From Octopus bimaculoides (lineage: Eukaryota), in assembly GCF_001194135.2 (NCBI RefSeq), contig NC_068982.1, positions 10,491,715-10,551,445 of the forward strand: a stretch of DNA of 59,731 bases, written 5' to 3'. Under the pieces are notes generated by a model, which saw nothing but the letters and a program-made list of their open reading frames with translations, was not told the DNA's origin and did no database searches. The first letter of the stretch is position 1, and every line of letters begins with the position of its first letter. A program made the position numbers and the translations under genes. Of this stretch, positions 48,811 to 59,731 are shown in pieces.

Positions 48811-51800
48811 GCAGAGTACTGAGGTCGATGTAATCGATCAGTCCCTGTGTGCCTATAGTAACAAGGATTATTATTGTTGTTGGTGGTGGTGGTGGTACTA
48901 CTACTATTACATTTGCCTCTACAGTGACCATCATTATCATTATCAGCAGCAGCAGGAGCATAGAGTAGGCCTTAAACGTTGTTGGTTTTGTAATTGCAAA
49001 AAGTGTGTTCGAATTGCTCGTAAACTATATTCGCTTTAAATGTGTTTTAAAGATCTACGGTTAAAAAAGCTCTGCTCTGCTACTAAACTACCGAAGATAC
49101 TAAGAGACTTAGCAATTCCATATTATTTTAGATCCTAAGGTTGTAGTAAATATAGGCACTGCGAATCGAATAAGCGATATTTTTGGATAAACAATACATT
49201 AATTATACTAAAAAAAAAACATATATTAGAATATACGTAAAGGAAAGTTAGCTTGATATCAAACAAACAAACACAACCATGCGTGTATAAATGAAGCCAG
49301 AGTAACTTTTGAGGAATTATAATTCGCTCAATGCTAGGGTTTAACCGAACGATGTGTTTGCTTAAAGCTCTGTTGCTGTAATCACTGACATTTCCATTTA
49401 ACCGCATAATCTGGTCGTATTATTAAGAGCATATTAACATGAATACACTTTCTGGGTGGACTTTGCATTGTAATGGATCATACTGGATTCTAAATAAATG
49501 GATGCATGTTTTGCTTCAGGTATGTGTGCTTAAGGCCTTGTTGTTGTAACTACAGACATTTTCATTTAACCGCATAATCTCAGTAAATATCGATATATAT
49601 AATGCACATTAATATTAAACGATATGTTTATGTGTGCGCGTATATCTTCAAAACAATGCAAGTGGTATCCAAGAGTTACTACATATTTATCACTATTATC
49701 CTTCAGTCCTTTACATCATGTAGCTATATACGTAATTTTTCTAAAATAGAGTGGACATTGTTGCCCACGTATTCTTTATAATTGTTTCTCCTAGAAACAG
49801 TTATATATATTTTACTAAACCTTCGGGCTTGTTTACATTTTTCAGTTAACAAAAAAAAATCAGAGCAACAAAAATAAACACGTTTGGTGACTTTGTATTC
49901 AGCCATTAATTTCTGTTACTCTGTTTTTCTTTATGGATTTCGATTTCGACTGCAGGACATAATATACATTTCAGCTCAGGTTCACTATATAGCTTGATAG
50001 ATTTATGTTTTTATATCGTTTGTACTCAAAAATACTGCACGTTTTATATTAACATTGTGTATCAGCCCCTTTAACTACATTGAATTGTAGTTTCCATTCT
50101 ATATTAAGATTCCATTTGCACTTAACTGTAAAACTTTGCTTATTGTTTTTTGTCGTTCACTTCTATTATTCTTATTCACTGGAAAATAAGTTCTAAAACC
50201 CTCCGGTATATGGCTATTCATTGTGAACATTTACATTAATTTTTTTTGTTTTTTTGGGTGTTTTTTTCAAATATGCACATAACTTACTTTTTACAGTTCT
50301 AAATTTGTTTTGTTTATGAATAAATATAATTTGGATACCATTGTTTAATTTCGTGTATTTTATGGCTTCGAATTTCATTGAACTTTTCTTCATGCTTGAC
50401 GTTTTATAGCACTTCTAGAAAGAAATGGGAGGGAAGTAAGAGCAACGAAGAGGAACAAAGACTTAATCTTAATATAATATTTTCCGTTTTTTCCTAGTAC
50501 AAAATACTCTAATACCTTTTAGTACAGATTATTATTGTTTGTTTGTTTTCTTCTGAAGAAGTATGTTTGCTAAATTATGCCTTTATGTAGCCACTACAGT
50601 TGGTAATAATATATCACTGCATTACAACAATTTTACTTCAAAGCCAAAGAGTAGATTCTATGAAGTTAACAACTATCGGGTGGCAAAGTAATTCTGCAAG
50701 CGTTACATAATCTCTTCTGCACTATACGATATAACTTATCCTTAACAAATGAGCCTCTACATAACTGCTGGTGGCCAAATGATAGCAACCAGATCTTTCT
50801 TAGATTACACCTTGCCGCTTTCAATAAAGAAATGACAATTTTATAAATTAAACTGAGATGTAACCCTGAAAAGTTGCTGATTTCACAGCTGAAATACATT
50901 TAAGCAAATGCCTGTTCAATCAGAGTAGACTCAAGAAAGAAAAACTATAAAGATAGATTCACTTTGCTGGAATTTATATCTTCATCGTGGTCTCTTCCCT
51001 CGTGTTCTGAGTTTTCCATTTGTAGCAGAATATATTTCAAAATATGTGAACATAATCTGTAGTTTCAATATCAGAAGTAAACTTGTAATAAATCTAAATT
51101 TCCTAACATCACTCCCTTCTAACTTACTTTTCTGCGTAAGGTTACCAATCCCATTTATTATTTTTTCCGTCATATATTCTGTAAATGCAACCTCATACAT
51201 GGGATGATAGGCTTTAATATTAAGAGACGTGGATGGATCGACACAAATTTACAGCTTCGAGAACAAACGCCTTACGACATTTGTTCTGTCACTTCACTTC
51301 ATGTGTTCAGACGCCATCGAGGTCGCCTTTACCATTCATCTTTACAGAATCGATAAAAGGAAAAAACAGACAAGTACTGCGATGGCTACGTGGAATAAGG
51401 TCTCCCACATCTGACACGGAGTACTATAAGGTAGGGTTCTCTTATTCTCCTTGGAAGCAATCAAAATGAAATACTTATAGAAAATGTTGCATAGACTTTG
51501 AGAAGTACCGGGTGCAGCAGAAATACTTCCCACGTTTGAAAGGTTGACAAAGGGAAAGAGAAACAACATTTAAGAAAAATTAATTTTACTGTTGTTTACA
51601 TAAAAGGCTACAGTTTTTGTTCATTAGCTAAATGAAAATATCATTGGCTCTTGCATAAGTTCATTAGCAACACATACGTGACAGTTTAAAATGTGGGAGG
51701 TATTTCTGCCGCACCCTGTATTTCACCGGTGTAGATGTTTATACTCCAGTGAACTTAAGAAATCAACTCGTAAAATAACCAAACTCTCGAATCTATTATT

Positions 51801-52077
51801 GTACACACACACACACACGCATACGCGCGCGGGCACACACACACGCGCGCACATGCACACGCACACATACAAACACACACAATCGCATATGTGTCTATGT
51901 ATGTATGTATGTATGTTTGAAGGTAATCAACCCAAATGATCATAATTTCGAGCCACTCACCCAATGAGCATTTCTGCCAAATTTGGTGAAAATCCATTCT
52001 GCTGTTTTCCAAAGACAAGCGATTACAATACCCTGATTTCGCTTTCGCTTGCAGAGTAATAAATGTTCTCAGCACCA

Positions 52078-52272
52078 CTTTTACTCTTTTATTTGTTTCA
52101 GTCATTTGACTGCGGCTATGTTGGAGCACCTCCTTTAGTCGAACAATTCTACCTCGGGACTTATTCTACCGTCTCTTTTGCCGAACCGCTAATTTACAGG
52201 GACGTAAACACACCAGCATCGGTTTTCAAGCGATGGTGGGGGGAAAACACAGACACACGCACGCACACACAT

Positions 52273-52309
<37 letters not shown>

Positions 52310-52472
52310 CGACGGGATTCTTTCAGTTTCCATCTACCAAATCCACTCACAAGGCTTTGGTTGGCCCGAGGCTATAGTAGAAGTCACTTGCCTAAGGTGC
52401 CACGCCGTAGGACTGAACCTGGAATCATGTGGTTGTTAAGCAAGCTACTTAGCACACAGCCACTCTTGTGCC
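52078..52472 (-). mobile_element. Full-length SINE family 2 (tRNA head, CORE-like segment, internal (TA)n(TG)n, RTE-like tail)
   Basis: Head ends at GCCACTCTTGTGCCT; reverse-complement tail GGTGCTCCAACATAGCCGCAGTCAAATGACTGAAACAAATAAAAGAGTAAAAG. Confidence 0.92.
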
Positions 52473-52474
52473 TG

Positions 52475-53600
52475 GTCATAAATAGTTTCCTTCGATATCG
52501 AAGACCACCTGAATAATCCCTGTTGTTCCGAGCAGAGAAGATTTATGTATTAATGCAATTTTCGTTGTTACACCAATCTCTATACGGAAACAACCATGTC
52601 TGTAAATACCAGTACCTAGAGTGCTTATAGATACTGGAATTACCTTTGCAGAGATCCACTTCAGTCTTAGCGTTTCCCTTGCTATGTCTAGGTATTTTCC
52701 TATTTTCATGTTCTTTAAATGCTATATTCATAGCATGTTACACAGCTACATCAATGATGATGCATTCTCTAGATATCTTGTCTAGAATGACAATACCTGA
52801 TTATCGTGCTTGAACCTCGTGGTCAGTTTGAACAGAAGTAGTTTATAAGACCTTAAACTGATCAAGAGGGAACTGCACTTCTTTGGACACATTCATTCGA
52901 GTTACAGTCCTTCATGAAACGCATTGCATCTCGTCATCCAAGGACCATGGATGCCATCTGGACCCGAAGCTTTCTAATTTGGAACCTTGACCATTTGATC
53001 CTTCACATTGCCTGCGTTTATAGTAGTATCTTTTTACTCATTCTTCTTTGCATTTCAGTATTGATGGTGCGGTCCGACCGGCATCCCTTCTCTGCATCAC
53101 AGTGCTTCTCCATATCCCATTCCAGAACTCCTTAGCCTGGTCAGCATTTGGAACAGCATCCTTCCTATTCACACTTTCCAAAGTGCAGAAGAATTTTGTT
53201 TTATGTATTTTGGAAGGACATATTCATTTCGAACTCTTTATTTCTGTTCACATATCACTATCTCTTGACTTTTAGCCAAATCCTCTCTTTTAACTGTTCC
53301 ATTACTCTACAGAACCCATTCTTCCGTAGTTTATATTTTTTGTCCTCTGTCACCAAATTAGACTTTTTTTCCATCAGTCTATTTTCCCTCAATTCTTGCC
53401 CCGACAGTTGCCCTACTACATACAGTTTTATGAGATTCGGCTATGTGCAGTGTTTTATTTTTGGTAAAGTTTTCTCTATTCTATTGCGAGTGTTCTACAT
53501 AATATATGCATTCTGTTTAGTAGTGTCGTTTCCTGTGGGGTGCACATATATAGAATCCTTTGATTTTACATATGTATTTCTGTGCATGTTGTTCGATCGA
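52475..53600 (-). mobile_element. Internally deleted R4-like LINE: pre-RT region joined directly to the RLE domain
   Basis: AKEFWNGIW..VPN*KASGPDGIHGPW, then within about 100 bp VQTDHEVQAR..GIVILDKISRECIIIDVAV..KIGKYLDIARET..VIPVSISTLG..KSSLLGTTGIIQVVFDI. RT, thumb and CCHC absent. Confidence 0.8.
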
Positions 53601-53619
53601 AATAGACAATAATTCTGGT

Positions 53620-53801
53620 TTCACGCTCCATATTGCGTTATCGCCTTCATACATCTGCATATATTGATATTTTTTACTGTTTCTGTGAGAGATATATCAA
53701 AGCCTTTTGGGAATGATGCTTCAATTAGAATGCATTTCCATTCTTAGTTGTCCATGACAACAATATCGATGAACCTTAATGTCTATCCTTCCCAATCCCT
53801 T

Positions 53802-53838
<37 letters not shown>

Positions 53839-54400
53839 AACCTCTTCTCTCTTCATTCTGAGTGTATTGCCATAATCATGAATATTGTCGCGTTTTGTTA
53901 TTCTTTGCGACCTTCCTGGCATATGTTTATACCGCACCGCTTTTGTTAGTGTTTCATGATACTGGCTTAACGTCTACTGTATGAAAGCCTCAAATACATA
54001 ATTCCTATAGATGTATTCTTTCTTGAATAAAACTTGTAGCAGAGACAATATGGTTAATTCTTCCAAAACACGAGATATTTTGAACTTAATGCATTCTGCT
54101 TCATTAAATGCTTCTGCGGTTACTGCTGAGATGTTTGGATCATTCGCCGTTTTCCAGAACACTACAGATTCAGTTTTTATTGTATGCATTGACATTTGTG
54201 GGCAATAAAGAAAGGATTATTATTGTTGTTGTTTTGGTAAATATGTACATTTGTATTATTGCTATTATTATTGTACTTATTATTGCTTTGCTATACGACG
54301 TCTTTCTTGGTGATGCAAATATATTTAAATTATTCCAATGTGTCTTACTGAATGAAAGACTTTCTTCTTGGAACATTTACAAACAACAAATTTAGAAAGT
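53620..54400 (-). mobile_element. Second degenerate R4-like LINE fragment (CCHC-to-RLE region), interrupted by (GA)n
   Basis: INHIVSA..KKEYIYRN..AFIQ*TLSQYHE..RYKHMP..DIVVMDN*EWKCILIEASFP. Confidence 0.65.
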
Positions 54401-54879
54401 CGATACATTATTTCCAGTAACTGAAACAGATGAAAGAATTGTCTCACAGACAAAATTTCATTTGGATTTCTTGTTTTCAATAGCCACCATTTCTTTCTCT
54501 CTGAAAGGATCTGGAAATGCTAATAACAACGAAGGGAGTAGTACTGGAAAGTTCCTCCAAAACGTAAACGGAAACTTCAAAAAGTCAAAAAAAGTGAAAA
54601 CCACTTCAAAACAAAATACTAGCAGAGAAATATGACGATGAAAGAAACAGATTGTGTCTCAATATGCAAATTAGTGCGAGAGAAATAAAAGTTAAAACAA
54701 GTGTTACGCATTCTTCACACACATACCCACACGGAGAAGGTAAAGAGAGAAATAATAATTATTAAACTCTATAAATGAGTGAAAGGTATTAGCATGGAAG
54801 CAGCGATTTTGCTAAAATTTCTGCAGTATTGAATTTTTAGTGTAGGCAAAGTCCAGTCTCAGTTAGATTTATGGATAAA

Positions 54880-55600
54880 GTATCTACAACGATTCCATTC
54901 TCTTGCCTGACAAAATTATTCTGGAGCACACAAAAACAGAACTAATCTATCCGTGTCTCAAATTGTGTGCCGGATCACCAAGCGCCATTCATGTACCAAT
55001 AAAGGGAAACTGTTGCAGATGCATGGGCAAATATTTTACGCATAGAGAAATGCAATGCCTGTGATACTTGGCACTGAATCTTCAACATCAAAAAGAAGGC
55101 ACCAAGACATAGGAAAGGATACAAACCATTGGTTTATCTTACCTCGCAGAGCAAATACAGTGAGGAGTGGCATGTAATATAGTTGACGTCCCTATTATAT
55201 TTCCAAGTCTTTATGAGCCTTTAGGGCCATACTTCCTTTATTTCAGTGGCTCCCAGTTTAGAGAACAGAAAGAAAAAACATAAGATGTATGCTGCAAAGC
55301 AGAACGCGAGGCATTATGGCTGTGATGGCAATATTTGGAGAAAGAGTAAAGAATGGATGCCCACGAGCAACAAACAGAGCAGCCGAACGTTCGGCTACAG
55401 AAGGGAAGGTTTGAAATACTTCTCTCTCAGTAGCACTATTACATCGACTTGTGACGAGCAGGAGGCGACGGAAAAAGAGAGAAACTGGCAAGCTACCAAC
55501 AAAGTCACTCCAAAGCAAGAAATATAAGCAAACGGAAGATCCCTTTAAAGACTAAAATGGCCCCAGCATGACCACAAACACGTAATAGATAAAAGATAAG
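54880..55600 (+). mobile_element. Highly degenerate non-LTR retrotransposon 3' remnants
   Basis: MPVILGT..QDIGKDT (R4-like RLE end); CCCCAGCATGACCACA..AAAAGATAAG resembles the family-2 SINE tail. Confidence 0.35.
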
Positions 55601-56404
55601 AAGTGTCCATTTCTTCTGCTCCTTGTAAGCTACCAAGTGGTCACCTGAAATGTTTAGATTCCAGGAGTCCACAATAATGTAAAATTACTCGGCCTTTTCT
55701 TCAATTTAATTCTATGTTTACATATTAAAATCTCATAGGATTTTTGCAAATTCTTTTTCTAATACGCTGTTAAATATATGTCGAGACTATTTCTAATGTA
55801 TCTCACACCAGTATACCAGAAATTGTTTGTAATTTACTGTAAGTGCAAGCAGGCCTAATTAAAATTGTCTTCATAGGCATTCAAATGATCACCATAGTAT
55901 CTGCGTAGTGAACGACGAAACAATCCAAACGAATTTTTATTGAAATTAAGAAGAAAAGAAAATTGATAGCGCTTTTGTAAAATTTTCCACAAGATGTTAA
56001 ATACTCTTTATGTAAATTATCCCCCAGTATTCTGGCCATAAGAAGCCACTTATGAATGACTCTGAAATCCTCTTTATTAAGCAACGTATGGCTTACACAA
56101 ACAGGATACTCACAGAGAAAATATAACCAGTACTGTGTGAACTGCGAGCAATGCAAGTGGACTTTAAAAAATTGATATATGCATATTTTCTTTTTAATTT
56201 ACGGGTTTTTCAGTTAAATTTTTGTTCGTTTTATGTAATTATTTGTGTTTTACAAATTTAATTCGTCTCATTATAATTACCATATACGATCTTGTATCAT
56301 CTTTTCTGTACTTTCTTTGTCCAACGCACACGCCTTTTCTAAAACACCGTTCAACCGTTCAACCATTTGACCTGTATCTATTCGGACGTTTGCAGGTAAT
56401 AAAG

Positions 56405-56425
56405 AAAATGTTGTTGTTGTCGTCG

Positions 56426-56481
<56 letters not shown>
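56405..56481. repeat. (GTT)n/(GTC)n trinucleotide repeat
   Basis: Directly visible. Confidence 0.95.
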
Positions 56482-56482
<1 letters not shown>

Positions 56483-56695
56483 AGGCAGCGAGCTGGCTGG
56501 ATCGTTAACGCGCCGGAAAACATTCTTAGCAACATTTCTTCCTAATTTACATTCTGAGATCAAATACCACCGGGATCGACTTTGCCTTTCACCTTTCTGG
56601 AGCCAATAAAATAAGTACAGGTGCACACTGGGGTCAATGTAATCGACTTGAACCTTCCTTCAAAATTACTAGCCTCGTTGAAGCCACTATTTGAA
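56482..56695 (+). mobile_element. SINE family 1
   Basis: AAGGCAGCGAGCTGGCTGGATCGTTAACG..GAGATCAAATACC..AAATAAGTACAG..CTGGGGTCAATGTAATCGACT. Confidence 0.88.
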
Positions 56696-57314
56696 ACCGT
56701 TATTTTTCATTATAATTTTCAGTTATTTTGTAATAGTTGTAGTATTGGCGTTATTGTAATTTCTGCTGTTCTTCCGTTTATTACTTTTCTTGTACCTTGA
56801 ATACCGAATGTTTCCCCTGCAGCAATAGTTGAACCAAAATTCTATTACTCACCTGTATGCAGCTTTAATTTTCTCAGACGCTTCGATAACTGCTAATTAG
56901 CGCTGTGAATTTGTGTGAGTGTGCCATGGTCATTAATGGTCATTAATGTGTTAGTTTTCGTCTTGCTCATAGTCTCGTTTCAAAGTTAAGTTATTGTATT
57001 CATAATACATGGCATACACATGGCAACCAGAGTCAGAGGAAACTCGTGGTGTTCTGTGTCGGCAAACATTTAGTGAAACGGAAAAAAAGATTAGTGATTT
57101 ACTGACGCTTGCACTTCGTTAAAACGAATAACAATTCTATATGGTAGGACCGAGAAAATAGTCGAAATGTGAAATGGATTACGAGGTAAAGTAAGAGAGA
57201 AAAAGGCAAGTTGCTCACGTCTGAATAACAATGCGAAGGACGCTGCTGATTTGTACAGATGTTAAAATACAATGACATAGACAGAGAGATAGTCTATATA
57301 TGTGTGGGTGTATA

Positions 57315-57343
<29 letters not shown>

Positions 57344-57347
<4 letters not shown>

Positions 57348-57548
57348 TAATAGCTATCACCAAGCTAACATGGCAGTCAAGAAAAACAGGACGAATGCTG
57401 CCGCTGATTAGCTGTAAGAGGCCATCGGCTTTAGCTAACTATGTGACACACGAACCTCTGTCCAATATGGCCTCTTGGAGCTAATCAACGGTAGCATTCG
57501 TCCTATTTTTCTGGATTGCCATGTTAGCTTGGTGATAACTATTAATAT
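57344..57548. mobile_element. 205-bp fold-back (MITE-like) element
   Basis: 82-bp inverted arms at 57344-57425 and 57467-57548 with a few mismatches; 41-nt spacer; sits beside a (TA)n tract. Confidence 0.85.
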
Positions 57549-58318
57549 CCAGTACCTTTGCCGTAGTCTCCTTTAGAGAGTCTTAGAAATATTAATATTT
57601 CTATTATATATATATATATACGGCAGCGATGATGATGAAAAAGACAGCTAGAGAGAGCTCGTCCCTGGATCTCAGGAATTTTACCCGACCTTGAGAATAT
57701 ATCAAAGAAGAACAAACAAGAAAAAACAACAACGCGAGGACGTGATACAAGTACTGTATTATCAGACGATCTCGAAAGGAAAGAAAGAGGATTTTACGTT
57801 TCGAGCCAAGCTCTTCTTCACAAATAGAGGAAAGTCCAAAAGAAGGGAAGACGGAGGAAGAAAATCGCCAACGATACACACGTAGTTACATTTTGAAATG
57901 ACCGGAAGGGAACGGGTGGAGAAAAAGTTATTTTGAAGACAGGAGAGTGCAAGAGAGAAGGAGGTATGTGTGTGTGTGTGCGGACGCGTAGGTCTGTGCG
58001 TTTGTGTGCGTATAATAATAGCACGTGTATGTGCGTATGTGTGTATGTGTGTGTGTATGAGTGGACTTTGTGTCACTAGATGTCGTAGGAAGAATTTATA
58101 GTAAGAATGTTTGGTAGGAGTGGATGTCTTTTGTGTGTCTCCCTTCACACACACATACATACATACATATATATNNNNNNNNNNNNNNNNNNNNNNNNNN
58201 NNNNNNNNNNNNNNNNNNNNNNNNNNNNNNNNNNNNNNNNATACATACATACATTTATATATGTATATTCACTGGTAGAGAGCAACTGACACCGTAATAC
58301 ATCTCAAGCGTTAGAAAC

Positions 58319-58319
<1 letters not shown>

Positions 58320-58384
<65 letters not shown>

Positions 58385-58400
58385 GTAATAATAATAATAA
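58320..58400. repeat. (AAT)n microsatellite with no adjacent R4 sequence
   Basis: Directly visible. Confidence 0.96.
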
Positions 58401-59000
58401 GACATTTTTCACCTTACTGTTAATTTATAAATGATTTACAAATTAATGTCAATAAAGAAATTCAGCATCCTTTTATGAAACGCCCACTTTGTTCTCAAGC
58501 TTTATTTTTCATATCCATTAACTGAACTACCTCACTTTCATCAAGTCTGTGCGTATCCGAAGCATGGATTACCTTCTTTCGTAATCTGCCATTTTACTAC
58601 AATGCCCGTTCCAGGTTAATTTGTACTTACTTCTGTGTTGTTCTGTAACCATCTTGTTCTGTTGTGAAACATATACAATTTTCCGTGAGTTTTTGGCCAA
58701 CAAGTCCCTGGTCTACTTCCTTCTATTGTTTTTGTTGCAAATGCTATATTTCTACCTTGAGCATCAATACTCGACACATAACTAAACTGGAATTGCAGTT
58801 CCAATTCTTCCGAAATTTGAGTTTCTCAATTCTGAAGTCAGTTGTATAAGGCATCTGCAAACGCGTGCATCGTAAACCGTAAATATTTTGTCCTTCAATT
58901 GTTTTAGTATGTTTTTGGAACTTCACTTCCTCCTTTTGTTTTTTCAGACATTTTTATTCTGTCAAATTTGTATTTACTCGCTCTACATAGTTTTCAATTG

Positions 59001-59102
59001 TACCTGTTGTGCCCTTATATACCTGTTGTGCCCGTATGTACCTGTTGTGCCCTTATGTACCTGTTGTGCCCTTATGTACCTGTTGTGCCCTTATGTACCT
59101 GT
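59001..59102. repeat. 19-bp minisatellite (TACCTGTTGTGCCCTTATG) x about 5.4
   Basis: Five full units with two substitutions in total, no spacers. Confidence 0.97.
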
Positions 59103-59482
59103 ATGAATGCGTATGAGTACGAGTGTGTCTGTATATTGACTATTAGCAACGGAAGTATCATTTTAACGAACATTAACTTGCTTCGGTCGCTAATAGCTAA
59201 TTCATACAATGCCAGACAGGTTTCTGTGAAATCAGTGACTGATTAGTCATTGTTAGGCTATATCATTTTGACAGTATTTCCATCTAGCAATTGTTGGCAG
59301 TGCGCCTGCTGTTGAGGAAGTGAAAATTACGCCGAAATCATGTGATTCAACTGTTTCATCTGCCTGTACAGAACGGATCACGACTATCGATATGATCTGT
59401 AATTTTAGCATTTAACGATTACCGCTGCTTACAATGTTCAAACAACGCATCCAAGTTTGGTTGAATGTGCAAATGTGTAACT

Positions 59483-59686
59483 CTTTTACTCTTTTACTTG
59501 TTTCAGTCATTTGACTGTGGCCATGCTGGAGCACCGCCTTTAGTCGAGCAAATCCACCCCAGGACTTATTCCTTGTCAGTCTAGTACTTATTCTATCGGT
59601 CTCTTTGCCGAACCGCTAAGTTACGGGGACGTAAACACATCAGCATCCGTTGGGGGACAAATACAGACACACAAACATATACACAC

Positions 59687-59731
<45 letters not shown>
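59483..59731 (-). mobile_element. SINE family 2, 3' half running into its internal microsatellite at the window edge
   Basis: TACTCTTTTACTTGTTTCAGTCATTTGACTGTGGCCATGCTGGAGCACCGCC..., homologous to 52078. Confidence 0.92.

Noticed and set aside
54011-54208. ORF with four N-glycosylation sequons
   Set aside because: It is antisense to a degenerate R4-like LINE CCHC region.
56851-56900. Minus-strand CAG|GTGAGT donor with a short upstream frame
   Set aside because: Acceptor is weak, most frames are closed, and there is no homology.
58680-58720. GTCWP resembling the class B GPCR hormone-binding domain
   Set aside because: The flanking conserved cysteines and tryptophan spacing are missing.
59001-59102. 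Possible CRISPR-like array
   Set aside because: No spacers; simple tandem repeat in eukaryotic DNA with no cas genes.

Overview
AT-rich, repeat-dense eukaryotic DNA with many microsatellites and N gaps. The SINE families, perfect TTAGGG repeats and overall composition fit a cephalopod mollusc, probably Octopus; this is inference from family recognition, not a database search. I found no confidently supported host protein-coding gene, rRNA, true tRNA gene or CRISPR array, so the window looks intergenic or deep intronic. What is present is a layered set of transposons: R4/Dong-like restriction-like-endonuclease (RLE) LINEs clustered in (AAT)n tracts, RTE/BovB-like and Jockey-like LINE fragments, Penelope-like element (PLE) remnants, three tRNA-derived SINE families, DD34D mariners and several fold-back elements. 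The most interesting signal is a PLE GIY-YIG ORF followed 29 nt later by a tRNA-Arg-like Pol III head, an (AAT)n linker and a minimal, probably dimer-dependent hammerhead ribozyme (11396-11595). A second copy of that ribozyme and two unrelated minimal hammerheads lie elsewhere in the window. Also notable are a mirror-image palindrome built from an R4-like 3' end plus an unclassified (AAT)n-associated repeat (23551-24185), an inverted-repeat PLE-type insertion with a 12-bp target-site duplication (TSD), and an interstitial telomeric tract. All alignments and folds were done by eye.
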